A program made the position numbers and the translations under genes. Under the pieces are notes generated by a model. That model saw nothing but the letters and a program-made list of their open reading frames with translations, was not told where the DNA came from and made no database searches. A stretch of 60,680 nt of DNA, filler included. It is 5 parts of 5 records of this genome, joined end to end, with 100 filler letters (N's around TTAATTAATTAA, not from the genome) between each part and the next. Parts side by side here need not be neighbours in the genome. Positions count along the whole stretch, not along the records: positions 7,512 to 35,316 come from SRR31156797_15572; 4 more parts are not named here. The stretch is one strand, 5' to 3'. This document shows, in pieces, positions 20,214 to 30,407 of this stretch. The stretch's first letter is position 1; every line of letters starts with the position of its first letter.

Positions 20214-21038
20214 ATGGACTCTGCTCTTTTAAAAGTTTTTGTTGAAGTGTCCAATGAAGGTAGCTTCTCGAATGCAGCTAAGAAATTGAATTATGTTCAG
20301 TCGAATGTGACTGCCCGGATAAAGCAGCTTGAAGAGAGCCTCGGACATCAGCTTTTCCACAGGAAACCGAGAGGGGTTGTGCTCACAAAAGCGGGGGAGA
20401 TGCTAGTCCCTTATGCTGAGGATATCCTTTGTAAGATTTATGAGACTGAAAGCGTTATGAAAACACTCGGTGAGCTTTCCGGCAGTTTGCGTATAGGCTC
20501 AACAGAGAATAACGCTGCAATAAGGCTAGCACCTGTTCTGTCAAATCTTTACAGGAGATATCCTGATGTAGAGTTTCATATGACAACGTCTCCCACGGAA
20601 ACACTTATCAATGAGATTTTACAATATAGGCTGGATCTGGCTTTTATCAGTGGTGTGCCGGAGAGTGAAGAGCTGATGGTACTTAAAAAGATAGATGAGC
20701 CTATGGTTTTCTTCGAGTCTTCAGATGGCTGCGAAGATAATGTTATGATCGTTTTCAAAAAAGGCTGTAAATATAGGGAATATCTCAATAGTTTAATGGA
20801 TATGAACGGGCTGACACCTTATAAGACTATGGAGTTCGGGAGTTTGGAGACTATCGTGGGCTGTGTTTCTGCCGGGTTGGGGCGGAGTTATCTGCCTGAG
20901 AGTGTTGTTAGGAAATATGCTGATTACGATAAGATAAATATAATTGACTTACCTGATGAATATAAGAGTATTCCTACATGTATTGTTTGCAGAAAGGATG
21001 CTAAGCCGCCTGTTGATATGTCTGTTTTTGAAATTTGA
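20214..21038 (+). CDS. LysR-family regulator, divergent from the MFS gene
   Basis: GSFSNAAKKLNYVQSNVTARIKQLEE HTH. Confidence 0.95.
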   Translation: MDSALLKVFVEVSNEGSFSNAAKKLNYVQSNVTARIKQLEESLGHQLFHRKPRGVVLTKAGEMLVPYAEDILCKIYETESVMKTLGELSGSLRIGSTENNAAIRLAPVLSNLYRRYPDVEFHMTTSPTETLINEILQYRLDLAFISGVPESEELMVLKKIDEPMVFFESSDGCEDNVMIVFKKGCKYREYLNSLMDMNGLTPYKTMEFGSLETIVGCVSAGLGRSYLPESVVRKYADYDKINIIDLPDEYKSIPTCIVCRKDAKPPVDMSVFEI

Positions 21039-21042
21039 TATA

Positions 21043-21071
21043 TTGACTTAAGAGTGCTGCGGTATTATTCT
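21043..21071 (+). promoter_or_regulatory. Sigma70-type promoter upstream of the rsgA leader
   Basis: TTGACT-N17-TATTCT. Confidence 0.6.
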
Positions 21072-21094
21072 ATAAAAAATTCTAAGGAGAGTTT

Positions 21095-21139
21095 TTGAAA
21101 CTTTTAACCTGTCAAAAAGCCTTTGCGTCAAGCCTGTAA
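21095..21139 (+). CDS. Candidate 14-aa leader peptide (MKLLTCQKAFASSL)
   Basis: AAGGAG RBS, TTG start; stop codon lies in the 5' arm of hairpin 21132-21161. Confidence 0.4.
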   Translation: MKLLTCQKAFASSL

Positions 21140-21203
21140 ACTTTATTTAAGGTTTACGGGCACAATATAACTTTTCTATAAGTAATATTGGAGGCAATAC
21201 AAA

Positions 21204-22205
21204 ATGGAATTATCAAAAGGGCGCATTATATTTGCGTCTATCAATAGCTATACAGTTTTATCCGAATCAGGTGACGAATATTTCTCTGTGCTGTCAGGAA
21301 CTTTCAATAATAAGAATGACTCTCTGCCCGCAGTTGGAGACCTTGTTCTTTTTTATAAAAACCACAGCGGCGACAGCGTTATCGACTGGATATCAGAGCG
21401 TAAAAGCGTCATAAGCCGTAAGACTTCCGGTAACCAGTTCAAAGAGAACATCCTCGCCGCAAACATAGACTATATGTTTATCCTGAATGCGATGGATGAC
21501 ACCTTCAGCAAAAGGCGTATCGAACGTTTTCTTGTACTTGCGAAATCCGGAGGTGTAGCTCCTGTGATACTGCTCACTAAGGCGGATATGTGCGACCTTA
21601 TCAACAGAGCAGTTTTCAGCAGTGAGGCGCAGGAGGTCGCAGGCGGCGCTGATGTTATAGAAGTCAGCTCGGTCACAGGTGAAGGGCTGGAAGATGTAAG
21701 AGAATATCTGAAAGAGGGTGTTACAGTTTGCGCTGTAGGGCTCTCAGGTGCTGGGAAATCAACTCTTCTAAACAAGCTTATCGGCGATGAGATAAGGGAT
21801 ACAACGCCTGTTCGTGCATACGACAGTAAAGGTAAACATTGCACAACCAGCAGGCAGATGTTTAAGCTCGACTGCGGCGCTATGTATATAGATACGCCGG
21901 GTATACGTGAAGTTGGTGTTAAAGGCGATGTCGAGGCTGTTGAGGATGTGTTCGATGAGATCACATCAAAGGCGGAAGATTGTTTTTTCGCTGACTGTAC
22001 CCACTTGCACGAGCCTTCATGCGCTGTGAGGGAGGCTGTGGAATCTGGAGAGATTTCTTCTGAAAGGTACGATAGCTATATAAAACTTCGCAAGGAGAGT
22101 GAGAACTATCGGATGCGGACGGAATCACCGCAGGAGAAGAAGCGTTCGGATAAAAACCTGAGTAGGCTGGTGAAATCAGAGAATAAACGAAAAAAACGTT
22201 TTTGA
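21204..22205 (+). CDS. rsgA: Ribosome small subunit-dependent GTPase A
   Basis: Circularly permuted GTPase: TKAD, GLSGAGKSTL, GKHCTT, DTPG; Zn finger CFFADCTHLHEPSC. Confidence 0.93.
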   Translation: MELSKGRIIFASINSYTVLSESGDEYFSVLSGTFNNKNDSLPAVGDLVLFYKNHSGDSVIDWISERKSVISRKTSGNQFKENILAANIDYMFILNAMDDTFSKRRIERFLVLAKSGGVAPVILLTKADMCDLINRAVFSSEAQEVAGGADVIEVSSVTGEGLEDVREYLKEGVTVCAVGLSGAGKSTLLNKLIGDEIRDTTPVRAYDSKGKHCTTSRQMFKLDCGAMYIDTPGIREVGVKGDVEAVEDVFDEITSKAEDCFFADCTHLHEPSCAVREAVESGEISSERYDSYIKLRKESENYRMRTESPQEKKRSDKNLSRLVKSENKRKKRF

Positions 22206-22322
22206 CAACTTTCTGAGTTGAATTATAAAGAGACTGGGATTATCTTAATAAAAGTTTAAAGCTGTATATAATTTGTTTGCAAATTAATACTTCTTATGGC
22301 TTACTATGTTCAGGAGAACAAA

Positions 22323-22970
22323 ATGATTATTAAAGATCCTGTAAGCGGGCTTTCACACTTAGCCGGAGCTTTTTTGTCTGTCGCCGCACTTGTTGTGCTT
22401 GTGGTGATGGCTTCATATAATTCGACAGCTTGGCACATTGTTTCATTTTCAATTTACGGTGCTAGCATGATACTTCTGTATCTTGCTAGTGCCGCTTATC
22501 ATATTTTCCCGTTGAAAGAGAAGGGGACTCGCATCCTCAAGAAACTTGATCATGTGATGATATTTATGATGATCGCCGGAACCTATACACCTTTCTGTCT
22601 GGTGCCGCTTCGTGGCGGGTGGGGCTGGAGCATTTTTGGTGTTGTCTGGGGGATAGCCCTTTTGGGAATACTTTTTAAGTTATATTTTATCCATGCTCCT
22701 AGGTGGCTTTCAACAGTGCTCTATGTTGTTATGGGGTGGATAAGTGTTATCGCTATTTATCCTATAATAGTGAACGTGCCTGCCGGCGGGGTTGCATGGC
22801 TCGCAGCAGGAGGGGTTTCATACACAGTGGGAGCGGTTGTGTATGCCACTAAAAAACCGGATCCTTTTCCGGGGGTGTTCGGCTTCCATGAGATATGGCA
22901 CTTTTTTGTACTAGGCGGCAGCTTCTGTCATTTTATGGTAATGCTCAGATATCTTGTCTGGATAGACTAG
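22323..22970 (+). CDS. Hemolysin III / PAQR-family membrane protein
   Basis: SHLAG, SAAYH, KLDHVMIF..IAGTYTP, HEIWHFFV motifs. Confidence 0.93.
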   Translation: MIIKDPVSGLSHLAGAFLSVAALVVLVVMASYNSTAWHIVSFSIYGASMILLYLASAAYHIFPLKEKGTRILKKLDHVMIFMMIAGTYTPFCLVPLRGGWGWSIFGVVWGIALLGILFKLYFIHAPRWLSTVLYVVMGWISVIAIYPIIVNVPAGGVAWLAAGGVSYTVGAVVYATKKPDPFPGVFGFHEIWHFFVLGGSFCHFMVMLRYLVWID

Positions 22971-23257
22971 AGTGCTGGTACTATAACCGACTTACCTCTA
23001 AGAGCTTTTTTCCTAAGATGTACAATCTCTTTATACTCTTCACTTTCGAAGCACTTAAGGAGCGTCTTCATATCAGGGAAGTGTATAATCAGCATTTTCA
23101 TCGGTTCCCAGCCGCCAGCCATAGGCTGTATGTTATCCGATGATGCGAGATATCTTCCGCCGAAGGACTCGATAATAGGCTTCGCTTTGCTTGCATATTC
23201 GATGCAAATATCCTGATCTATAATCTCTAACGTTTCGATAACCATGAAAACAGACAT
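22967..23257 (-). CDS. DUF1330 family protein
   Basis: Y..KA.PIIESFGGRYL, IIHFPD, SEEYKEI..LR. Confidence 0.88.
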   Translation of the reverse strand: MSVFMVIETLEIIDQDICIEYASKAKPIIESFGGRYLASSDNIQPMAGGWEPMKMLIIHFPDMKTLLKCFESEEYKEIVHLRKKALRGKSVIVPAL

Positions 23258-23367
23258 GCTCACTCCTTATTTTCTATTTTTTATCAAATAAATATGCCAC
23301 TAATAATATGACAATAATATTACTGTTATTTTAAGTAATAAGCTTTATACTTACAAGTATATTATCG

Positions 23368-24507
23368 GTGATAATAATGAATATACATAAAATAACTATA
23401 CTAATTATATGTTTTTTAACACTCCAAGCCTGCCAAAATAATACAACTACCCCTGTTGTGCGTATTGGTCACGCCTCGCATGACCATCATGCTGCGCTGT
23501 ATATAGCCGCCACTAGTGGCAATTACTTTAAAGAGAAATACGGTATTTATCTTAAAAATGTAGATTACAGAAAAGAATATCAACTTTTTAAAGGAGACAA
23601 GCTCCTTGCAAATATAAAGATTGAGCCGAGCACAGGTGGTATAAACCTCATCCGCAGGCTAGATGAAAGAATTCTGGATATGGTTTTTGGCGGTGTTCCG
23701 GCAATGTTAAGTATGGTCGACCAAGGGAGCAGAATAAAAATTATAGCTCCTGTGATGTCAGAAGGTGCTTCACTGGTGGTTTCTAACGGAATGCCGGTTA
23801 AGAACTGGTCTGAGTTTGTTGATTTCGTTAAGATTAGCGATGAGCCGGTTCGGATCGGGTATAAGGTTGAGACTTCTGTTCAAAATCTGATATTTGAAAA
23901 AGCTTTATCTCATGAAAATCTATCTTTCAGCAATGATATTGAATCTGAAAATGTTGATGTTATTACTATTAATATGCACGGTCCTAAAAACCTGATTCCT
24001 ACACTTAAAGCGGATATTATTGATGGTTTTGTGGTTATGCAGCCTTATCCGGCTCTGGCTGAGCACGAAGGGGTTGGGAAAATTGTCTCTGATCTTAAGG
24101 AACTCCCTCCTCAGGGTAAGTGGGATGGGCATCCTTGCTGTGCGCTGGCAGCCGGTCCGGAGCTGTTGAAGAATCAGAGGGATATTGTAGAGGTTCTGGT
24201 TGAGCTTTTTCAGTATGCAAATGACTATATTGTTTCTAATCCTGAAGAGAGTGCAGAGATTGTTGCTGAATGGCTGGATAACCCTCAGAATGTTGAGGAG
24301 AAGTCATTACCTGCGATTAACTTTATGAATAACTACACTGATGAGTGGGAGGCTGGTATCTCTTACTGGGTAGAGTCGCTGATGGAGAAGGGGCTTATCC
24401 GAGGCAAAGTGTTGGAGGCGAGTGAGAACGGGAATATCGAAAGTGTTATTTATGATGAGCGCTTTTATAAGAAAAACAGGTTGAAATCTATTAATGAAAA
24501 TAAGTAG
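23368..24507 (+). CDS. NrtA/SsuA/CmpA-type substrate-binding lipoprotein
   Basis: Lipobox LQAC, SHDHHAAL, GFVVMQPYP, HPCC. Confidence 0.85.
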   Translation: MIIMNIHKITILIICFLTLQACQNNTTTPVVRIGHASHDHHAALYIAATSGNYFKEKYGIYLKNVDYRKEYQLFKGDKLLANIKIEPSTGGINLIRRLDERILDMVFGGVPAMLSMVDQGSRIKIIAPVMSEGASLVVSNGMPVKNWSEFVDFVKISDEPVRIGYKVETSVQNLIFEKALSHENLSFSNDIESENVDVITINMHGPKNLIPTLKADIIDGFVVMQPYPALAEHEGVGKIVSDLKELPPQGKWDGHPCCALAAGPELLKNQRDIVEVLVELFQYANDYIVSNPEESAEIVAEWLDNPQNVEEKSLPAINFMNNYTDEWEAGISYWVESLMEKGLIRGKVLEASENGNIESVIYDERFYKKNRLKSINENK

Positions 24508-26662
24508 AAAAGTTTTTTTAATTTTCCTTTCTGTCGTGATGTTGATTTTTGTTCTTGTAGGTTCTTTGTATGTTCACCAATACTATAGCAAGCGTATGCA
24601 CGGCATTCTGCGAAGCCTTCTTGAGTTTAATAATACTGTTTATGACCTTCGTAAGCTACAGCGTAATATTACTATAGAAGCCGGCGCTGAAGATACTTAT
24701 GAGCTCCAGATAAAAGTTGCTGCAATGCGGAAAGTTGCTAATGAACTTAGGATATCTATAAACGATGAAATGGGCAGAAAACTTAATATTGATACGTTTA
24801 ATAAAGATATTGATAATTATTATAATGCAATAAATGACTATGCGAGGGAGTATCGCAAGAGGGCTTTGATATTAAAGGATTTAAACTTTTACAGAAACCT
24901 TGTCCACAATTACTTCGAAGGTCCAGCAGTTAAGCACAGTGAATTATTTTTTGATTTGTCGGCGATGCTTTTAGATTTCAAAGACACAAATAACCCGGAA
25001 AGCTTAAAGATGATAAAGGGTACACTTTCCAGGATTGCAGCCGAAGGTGAAACACCTGAGTTAGCTGAGATTACTGACAGGCTTAAAGTTATACTTGAGA
25101 CACTGTATATTAATGAACTTAACCTTTTAGAGCGTAAGAGCTTTCTTGACTATTCATCTGAAAACTTTATTAGAATAACGACAAATATCGGTGAAATTCT
25201 CAAAGAGAGAGAAGCGCTTATAAGTAAAGTTCTTACAATATTTGCGCTGTCGATAGGTGGTTTCAGTATTTTTGTTGCATTCTTTTACTGGGCATTTATC
25301 AATAGATACCTCCAGAAATTCCTTAAAAATCAGTCTGAAGTTATGTCTGCGATAAAAAGCCGTAAACCTATTGAGAATGTCAAAGCTTTCAGCTCAGATG
25401 AGCTTGGCGAGCTTACGGACAACATGCTTATAATGGCGAACGAACTTTTTGTTAAAGACGATAAGCTTAGAAAGAGTGAGGAGAAATATCGAACATATAT
25501 TAATTCGACACCCCTAGCTGTTTTTGTTGTGGATAGCGAACGTCGATTTGTCGATGTTAACCCGGGAACTATAGATATGTTTGGGTATAGCAAAGAAGCT
25601 CTTTTAGAGATGAAGCTGGATGATATATGGCCTAGGAGTGATGCTGAAGAGAACAGAAAGGTCTTTAAACATCTGGAAATTATAAATAAAAAAATGTTTA
25701 TTCAAAACCTTAAAACAAAAGACGGCAGAGAGATTTATGTGAAGGTGAGTGCTACGAGATTCGAAGAGGATAAGTTTATCGGCATGTGTGTTGATATTAC
25801 TGAGAGTATTTGGCTTGAGAATGAGCTAAGAGAGATGAACGATAACCTCCTTGAAAAAGTTAAGTCTGAGGTTGATAAAAATAGAAAACAGGATCAGATC
25901 ATACAGCAGCAGAAGAAGCTCGCTGATATGGGTATGATGGTTAATGCCATTGCCCACCAGTGGCGCCAGCCGCTTAATGCTCTCGCTCTATGTGTTCAGG
26001 ACGTTAAGGATGAATTTGAGATAGGTAAGCTAGATATCGAATACCTTAAGAGTTATGAAAGAAACTCTATGGATCTTATTATTCATATGTCTAAGACTAT
26101 TGATGATTTTCGACAGTTTTTTATTCCGGATAAGCATGTTACTGACTTTAATCTTGCTAATGAAGTTGCTGACCTTGTCAGGCTCCTTGGTGTTCAGGTT
26201 TTTTCAAGGAATACTGACCTTGAGATGTCGTGCACCTGCGAGGATGGAAAGAAAGTTTGCGATGCTTTTGAAACAGGTGAATGTAAAGGTATTGAAAGTC
26301 TAGTCAGGGGTTATCCCGGTGAGTTTAAGCAGGTAGTTGTAAACCTCATCTATAACAGCGTTGATGCTATTTTTGAGGCGATGGATAAAGGAGATATTGA
26401 TAGAGGGCGCATTGTTGTCAGCATAGCCTGCGATGATGAAACCGTTAAGGTAAAAGTTAGTGACAACGGGTGCGGTATACCTGAAAATGTAAGGCAGCAC
26501 ATATTTGAACCTTATTTCACGACAAAACCTGAAGGTAAAGGGACCGGCATAGGGCTTTACATGTCTAAAGCGATCATAGAAAACCATATGTACGGTAAAA
26601 TATATGCTGCAAATCCTGCTCTAGGTGCTTGTTTTATAATTGAGCTTCCTTGTGTTAAATAA
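24494..26662 (+). CDS. Membrane PAS-domain sensor histidine kinase
   Basis: Two TMs, HAMP-like DELGEL, PAS, H-box AIAHQWRQPL, N/G boxes, GTGIGL. Confidence 0.93.
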   Translation: MKISRKVFLIFLSVVMLIFVLVGSLYVHQYYSKRMHGILRSLLEFNNTVYDLRKLQRNITIEAGAEDTYELQIKVAAMRKVANELRISINDEMGRKLNIDTFNKDIDNYYNAINDYAREYRKRALILKDLNFYRNLVHNYFEGPAVKHSELFFDLSAMLLDFKDTNNPESLKMIKGTLSRIAAEGETPELAEITDRLKVILETLYINELNLLERKSFLDYSSENFIRITTNIGEILKEREALISKVLTIFALSIGGFSIFVAFFYWAFINRYLQKFLKNQSEVMSAIKSRKPIENVKAFSSDELGELTDNMLIMANELFVKDDKLRKSEEKYRTYINSTPLAVFVVDSERRFVDVNPGTIDMFGYSKEALLEMKLDDIWPRSDAEENRKVFKHLEIINKKMFIQNLKTKDGREIYVKVSATRFEEDKFIGMCVDITESIWLENELREMNDNLLEKVKSEVDKNRKQDQIIQQQKKLADMGMMVNAIAHQWRQPLNALALCVQDVKDEFEIGKLDIEYLKSYERNSMDLIIHMSKTIDDFRQFFIPDKHVTDFNLANEVADLVRLLGVQVFSRNTDLEMSCTCEDGKKVCDAFETGECKGIESLVRGYPGEFKQVVVNLIYNSVDAIFEAMDKGDIDRGRIVVSIACDDETVKVKVSDNGCGIPENVRQHIFEPYFTTKPEGKGTGIGLYMSKAIIENHMYGKIYAANPALGACFIIELPCVK

Positions 26663-27767
26663 CTGAATTTACATCTGTATAACCCAGTTCAAAAGCTTCT
26701 GAAACCCCTTTGTAAGTTACTTTTCCATTAATCACATTTGCACCTTTTGCGATCTCTTCGTTTTCCTTCATAGCCCTTTTCCAGCCTTTATCAGCTATTT
26801 CAAGTGCATAAGGGAGAGTTGCGTTTGTGAGCGCCATGGTTGATGTCTTTGCGACAGCTCCGGGCATATTTGCCACACAGTAGTGTACAATTCCGTCAAC
26901 TTCATATGTAGGCTCAGAGTGGGTTGTAGGCTTAGATGTTTCGAAGCATCCGCCCTGATCGATGGCGACATCCACAAGAACAGTACCCGGCTGCATAAGC
27001 TTTAGCATATCCTTTGTGATGAGCTTTGGTGCTTTCGCTCCCGGAAGGAGGACAGCGCCTATAACTACGTTCGCCTCAGCGATAAGCTTCCTTATTGTAG
27101 CGGGACTAGACATGAGGGGGATGCAGTTTTTTGGCATTATATCAGAGAGATATCTCAGTCTATCGAGATTCATATCGAGCATGTAAACCTTAGCACCAAG
27201 CCCGCAAGCCATCTTTGCTGCGTTAGTGCCGACTATCCCGCCGCCAAGGACTACGACTATTCCTGGTTCAACACCGGGAACACCGCCAAGGAGAACACCG
27301 TGCCCGCCGAAAGCCATCTCAAGGTATTTCGCTCCCTCTTGTGCCGCCATACGACCTGCGACTTCGCTCATAGGTGTGAGAAGTGGGAGTGAGCCGTCTT
27401 CTTTCTGAATTGTTTCGTATGCGATGCATACTGAGTCAGTATCTATTAACCCTCTTGTAAGTTCTTCATTCGCTGCAAGGTGTAGGTAAGTAAAGACTAT
27501 CTGATCTTTTCTGATCATAGGGAGCTCTTGCTGCTGAGGCTCTTTTACGTGCATAACCATATCTGATTTTTCGAAAACCGATTTTGCATCAGGTAGGATT
27601 TCAGCACCAATCTCTAAATACATCTCATCAGTAAAGCCGCTGTTCTCCCCTGCGGTGGTTTCAACATAGACCTTATGTCCCTTGTGGATCATCACCTCTG
27701 CACCGGCAGGTGTCATGCAGACTCTATTTTCGTCCAGTTTTATTTCTTTTAAAATGCCTACAATCAT
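26655..27767 (-). CDS. ald: Alanine dehydrogenase
   Basis: KEIK..ENRV, HVKEP, FTYLHLAA, GGGIVG, DVAIDQGGC, ANMPGAV. Confidence 0.97.
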   Translation of the reverse strand: MIVGILKEIKLDENRVCMTPAGAEVMIHKGHKVYVETTAGENSGFTDEMYLEIGAEILPDAKSVFEKSDMVMHVKEPQQQELPMIRKDQIVFTYLHLAANEELTRGLIDTDSVCIAYETIQKEDGSLPLLTPMSEVAGRMAAQEGAKYLEMAFGGHGVLLGGVPGVEPGIVVVLGGGIVGTNAAKMACGLGAKVYMLDMNLDRLRYLSDIMPKNCIPLMSSPATIRKLIAEANVVIGAVLLPGAKAPKLITKDMLKLMQPGTVLVDVAIDQGGCFETSKPTTHSEPTYEVDGIVHYCVANMPGAVAKTSTMALTNATLPYALEIADKGWKRAMKENEEIAKGANVINGKVTYKGVSEAFELGYTDVNSVI

Positions 27768-28190
27768 TTAATTCTCCTTTGTATATTTCTCGAACGGAAT
27801 GTTATTTTTTCTGGCGTCAGCGATACCGCCCTCTATGCTTATAGCTTTGGAAAAACCAGCTTTTTTGAGTATCGATGATGCTACTGACGACATGATACCA
27901 GCTTTACATATCAGAGCAAACGGCTCATTGGGTCTCATTACAATTTTAACATCGCTTATGAATCTCTCAAAATCACATTTACCTTTATCATCGAAAAGGG
28001 AGATAGGGTATGAGCTTTTTACTATGCCGGTCTGCTCCCATTCTTCTGTTGTTCTGACATCTATAATTTTTATTCCGGAATTATACAGTTCCATGGTGAG
28101 CGGCTGGTCTCTCAGGCTAAAGTGCTGATAAATCAGAGCAACAAAAGCGGCAATGAAAAATAAAACGGATAAAATGTATATTTTTTTCAA
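27768..28190 (-). CDS. Exported or membrane-anchored rhodanese-domain protein
   Basis: IIDVRT.EEW.QTGI, active-site loop CKAGIMS, GGI; N-terminal TM. Confidence 0.85.
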   Translation of the reverse strand: MKKIYILSVLFFIAAFVALIYQHFSLRDQPLTMELYNSGIKIIDVRTTEEWEQTGIVKSSYPISLFDDKGKCDFERFISDVKIVMRPNEPFALICKAGIMSSVASSILKKAGFSKAISIEGGIADARKNNIPFEKYTKEN

Positions 28191-28286
28191 TTTTGACTCC
28201 TATTAATTCAATTATACCGCCAGATAGTGTTGCTGAAAACGATCTTTATGATATCTTTATAATATATTCATATTGCGAGGTTTTCT

Positions 28287-29549
28287 TTGTTAAAAAATCT
28301 TAAATCCCTCAGAAAGGGGAGAGTCAGAGTGCTTGTTGTGGACGACACTCAAAAAAACTTAGAGATAGTTGGACAATTACTCTCTGAAAATAATTATGAG
28401 GTAACGGTTGCAAATAATGGTGAGCGTGGCATTGCGATAGCGAAGAAGATGCTCCCGGATATAATACTTCTTGATATTATGATGCCTGATATCAGCGGGT
28501 TTGAGGTTTGTGAAAGTATTAAGAATAATCCTCTGACTCAACATATCCCTATCATTTTCCTTACTGCCAAGACTGAACGTGATGACCTTCTCAAAGCTTT
28601 CGAAGCTGGTGCGGTTGACTATGTGACCAAACCGTTTGTAAAAGAAGAGCTTCTCGCAAGGGTTCACGCGCACTCTGAGCTTGCAGTGAAAAGACATCAG
28701 GAGAAACTTCTAACTGATACCTTAGATAAATATGTTTTGGAAGTTATAATTGATATCGAAGGTACTATCAGGTTCGTAAGCAATGCATTTTTAAAGCTTA
28801 CCGGCTATGATTCTAGTGAGATCGAAGGGAAGAGTTTTGATATTTTTAAACACCCGGATTCATTCAGGTCTGTTTTACCAGACATAATCGACTCTGTTCA
28901 GAGTAAATATACATATTATAAAGAGATTAATATCGTTACCAAGTCTGGCGTTTTATGCATCTTAACTACATTTGTTGAACCTATCATATGTGCTGACGGT
29001 TCTGTTAGCGGTGCTCAGTGTTTTATGCAGGACGTGACAAGTAAAAAAGAGCTTGAGAAGCTGTCTATAACCGACAAACTTACAGGGCTTAATAACAGGC
29101 AAAAACTCGACCAGACGCTAAATTATGAGATAAGTCAGTTCCAGCGTTACGGCTCCGGACTCTCCGTGATCCTTATAGATATTGACGATTTTAAACAGGT
29201 TAATGACAATTATGGACATTTAACCGGTGACGAGGTGTTAGTGAAAACTGCCAAGCTTCTTAACGTCAGTGTTCGAGATAGCGACACTACAGGAAGGTGG
29301 GGCGGAGAGGAATTTCTCATCATTTTACCTAAATCATCCGAAGAAGAGGCGGAACATGTGGCTGAAAAGCTGCGTAAAACAATTGAAGTCAGCACTTTTG
29401 ATATAGACCGAAAAGTAACGGCTAGCCTCGGTGTAGCAGAACTTAAATCCGATATGACTATTACAAACCTGCTGACACTTGCAGATAAAGCACTTTATAA
29501 AGCGAAGAAACTTGGCAAAAACCGTGTTCAAATCGCTTCTGAATTATAG
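28287..29549 (+). CDS. REC-PAS-GGDEF diguanylate cyclase response regulator
   Basis: VVDD, LLDIMMP, PAS, DIDDFK.VND.YGH..GD, intact GGEEF. Confidence 0.95.
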   Translation: MLKNLKSLRKGRVRVLVVDDTQKNLEIVGQLLSENNYEVTVANNGERGIAIAKKMLPDIILLDIMMPDISGFEVCESIKNNPLTQHIPIIFLTAKTERDDLLKAFEAGAVDYVTKPFVKEELLARVHAHSELAVKRHQEKLLTDTLDKYVLEVIIDIEGTIRFVSNAFLKLTGYDSSEIEGKSFDIFKHPDSFRSVLPDIIDSVQSKYTYYKEINIVTKSGVLCILTTFVEPIICADGSVSGAQCFMQDVTSKKELEKLSITDKLTGLNNRQKLDQTLNYEISQFQRYGSGLSVILIDIDDFKQVNDNYGHLTGDEVLVKTAKLLNVSVRDSDTTGRWGGEEFLIILPKSSEEEAEHVAEKLRKTIEVSTFDIDRKVTASLGVAELKSDMTITNLLTLADKALYKAKKLGKNRVQIASEL

Positions 29550-29557
29550 GTGATAAA

Positions 29558-30403
29558 TTGAAGAAGATTATTTTGACTACGATTTTAATATTCTCTATGG
29601 GGATAACATCTTATGCGGATCACAATGCCAAGGACGAGCTGACTCTCGGCTTTATGCCCTATCTAGCGTCGCAGCTTCTTCTGAAAAAATATCAGCCCTT
29701 AGCTGATTATCTGACCAAAAAACTAAATAAAAAAGTAGTTCTGACAATAGCAAAAGATTATAACTCACACCTTAAGGCGACTGGTGAGGACAAGCTTGAT
29801 ATTAGCTTCCTAGGTGGTAGCCCTTATGTTGTTGTTGTTGATAAATATGGTAAAAAACCGCTTTTAGCTAGATATGAATTTAACAATATCCCGCACTTCA
29901 GATCAGTTATTTTCACCTCTAAAAACAGTAAGATAAACTCACTCGCTGAGATGAAAGGTAAGAATTTTGTCTTTGGCAGCAGAAGATCAACCCTGAGCAC
30001 TCAGGTTCCTCTTTATATGCTTATGTCTGAGGGGGTAAAGCTTGAAGAGCTAAACCATGATTTTCTTAACAATCAGGAAAATGTTTATATCAGTGTGCTT
30101 CTTGGTGAGCACGATGGCGGAAGCGCATCTGAAGAAGTTTTCAGAGAGAATGAGTCAAAAGGGCTTAAGGCTATCGCTTTTTCACCGTTTCTCTCCACTC
30201 ACGTTTTTGTAACCAGTAGTAAGATGGAGATTAGTTTGCAGGAGAAGATCAAAAAAGCTCTGCTTGAGCTTTCATCTGAGCCTGGCGGGAAAGAAATTAT
30301 TAAATCTATCAGCCCGATTCTTACTGGCTTTGTAGATGTTAGAGATTCTGATTATAACCTTCTTCGTGGAATTCTGAAACAGGTTCTCCCTGTACTGGAA
30401 TGA
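29558..30403 (+). CDS. PhnD-like (phosphonate-binding family) periplasmic protein
   Basis: Signal peptide, LTLGFMP, YQPLADYL, FGS..STLS..VP. Confidence 0.85.
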   Translation: MKKIILTTILIFSMGITSYADHNAKDELTLGFMPYLASQLLLKKYQPLADYLTKKLNKKVVLTIAKDYNSHLKATGEDKLDISFLGGSPYVVVVDKYGKKPLLARYEFNNIPHFRSVIFTSKNSKINSLAEMKGKNFVFGSRRSTLSTQVPLYMLMSEGVKLEELNHDFLNNQENVYISVLLGEHDGGSASEEVFRENESKGLKAIAFSPFLSTHVFVTSSKMEISLQEKIKKALLELSSEPGGKEIIKSISPILTGFVDVRDSDYNLLRGILKQVLPVLE

Positions 30404-30407
30404 TATT

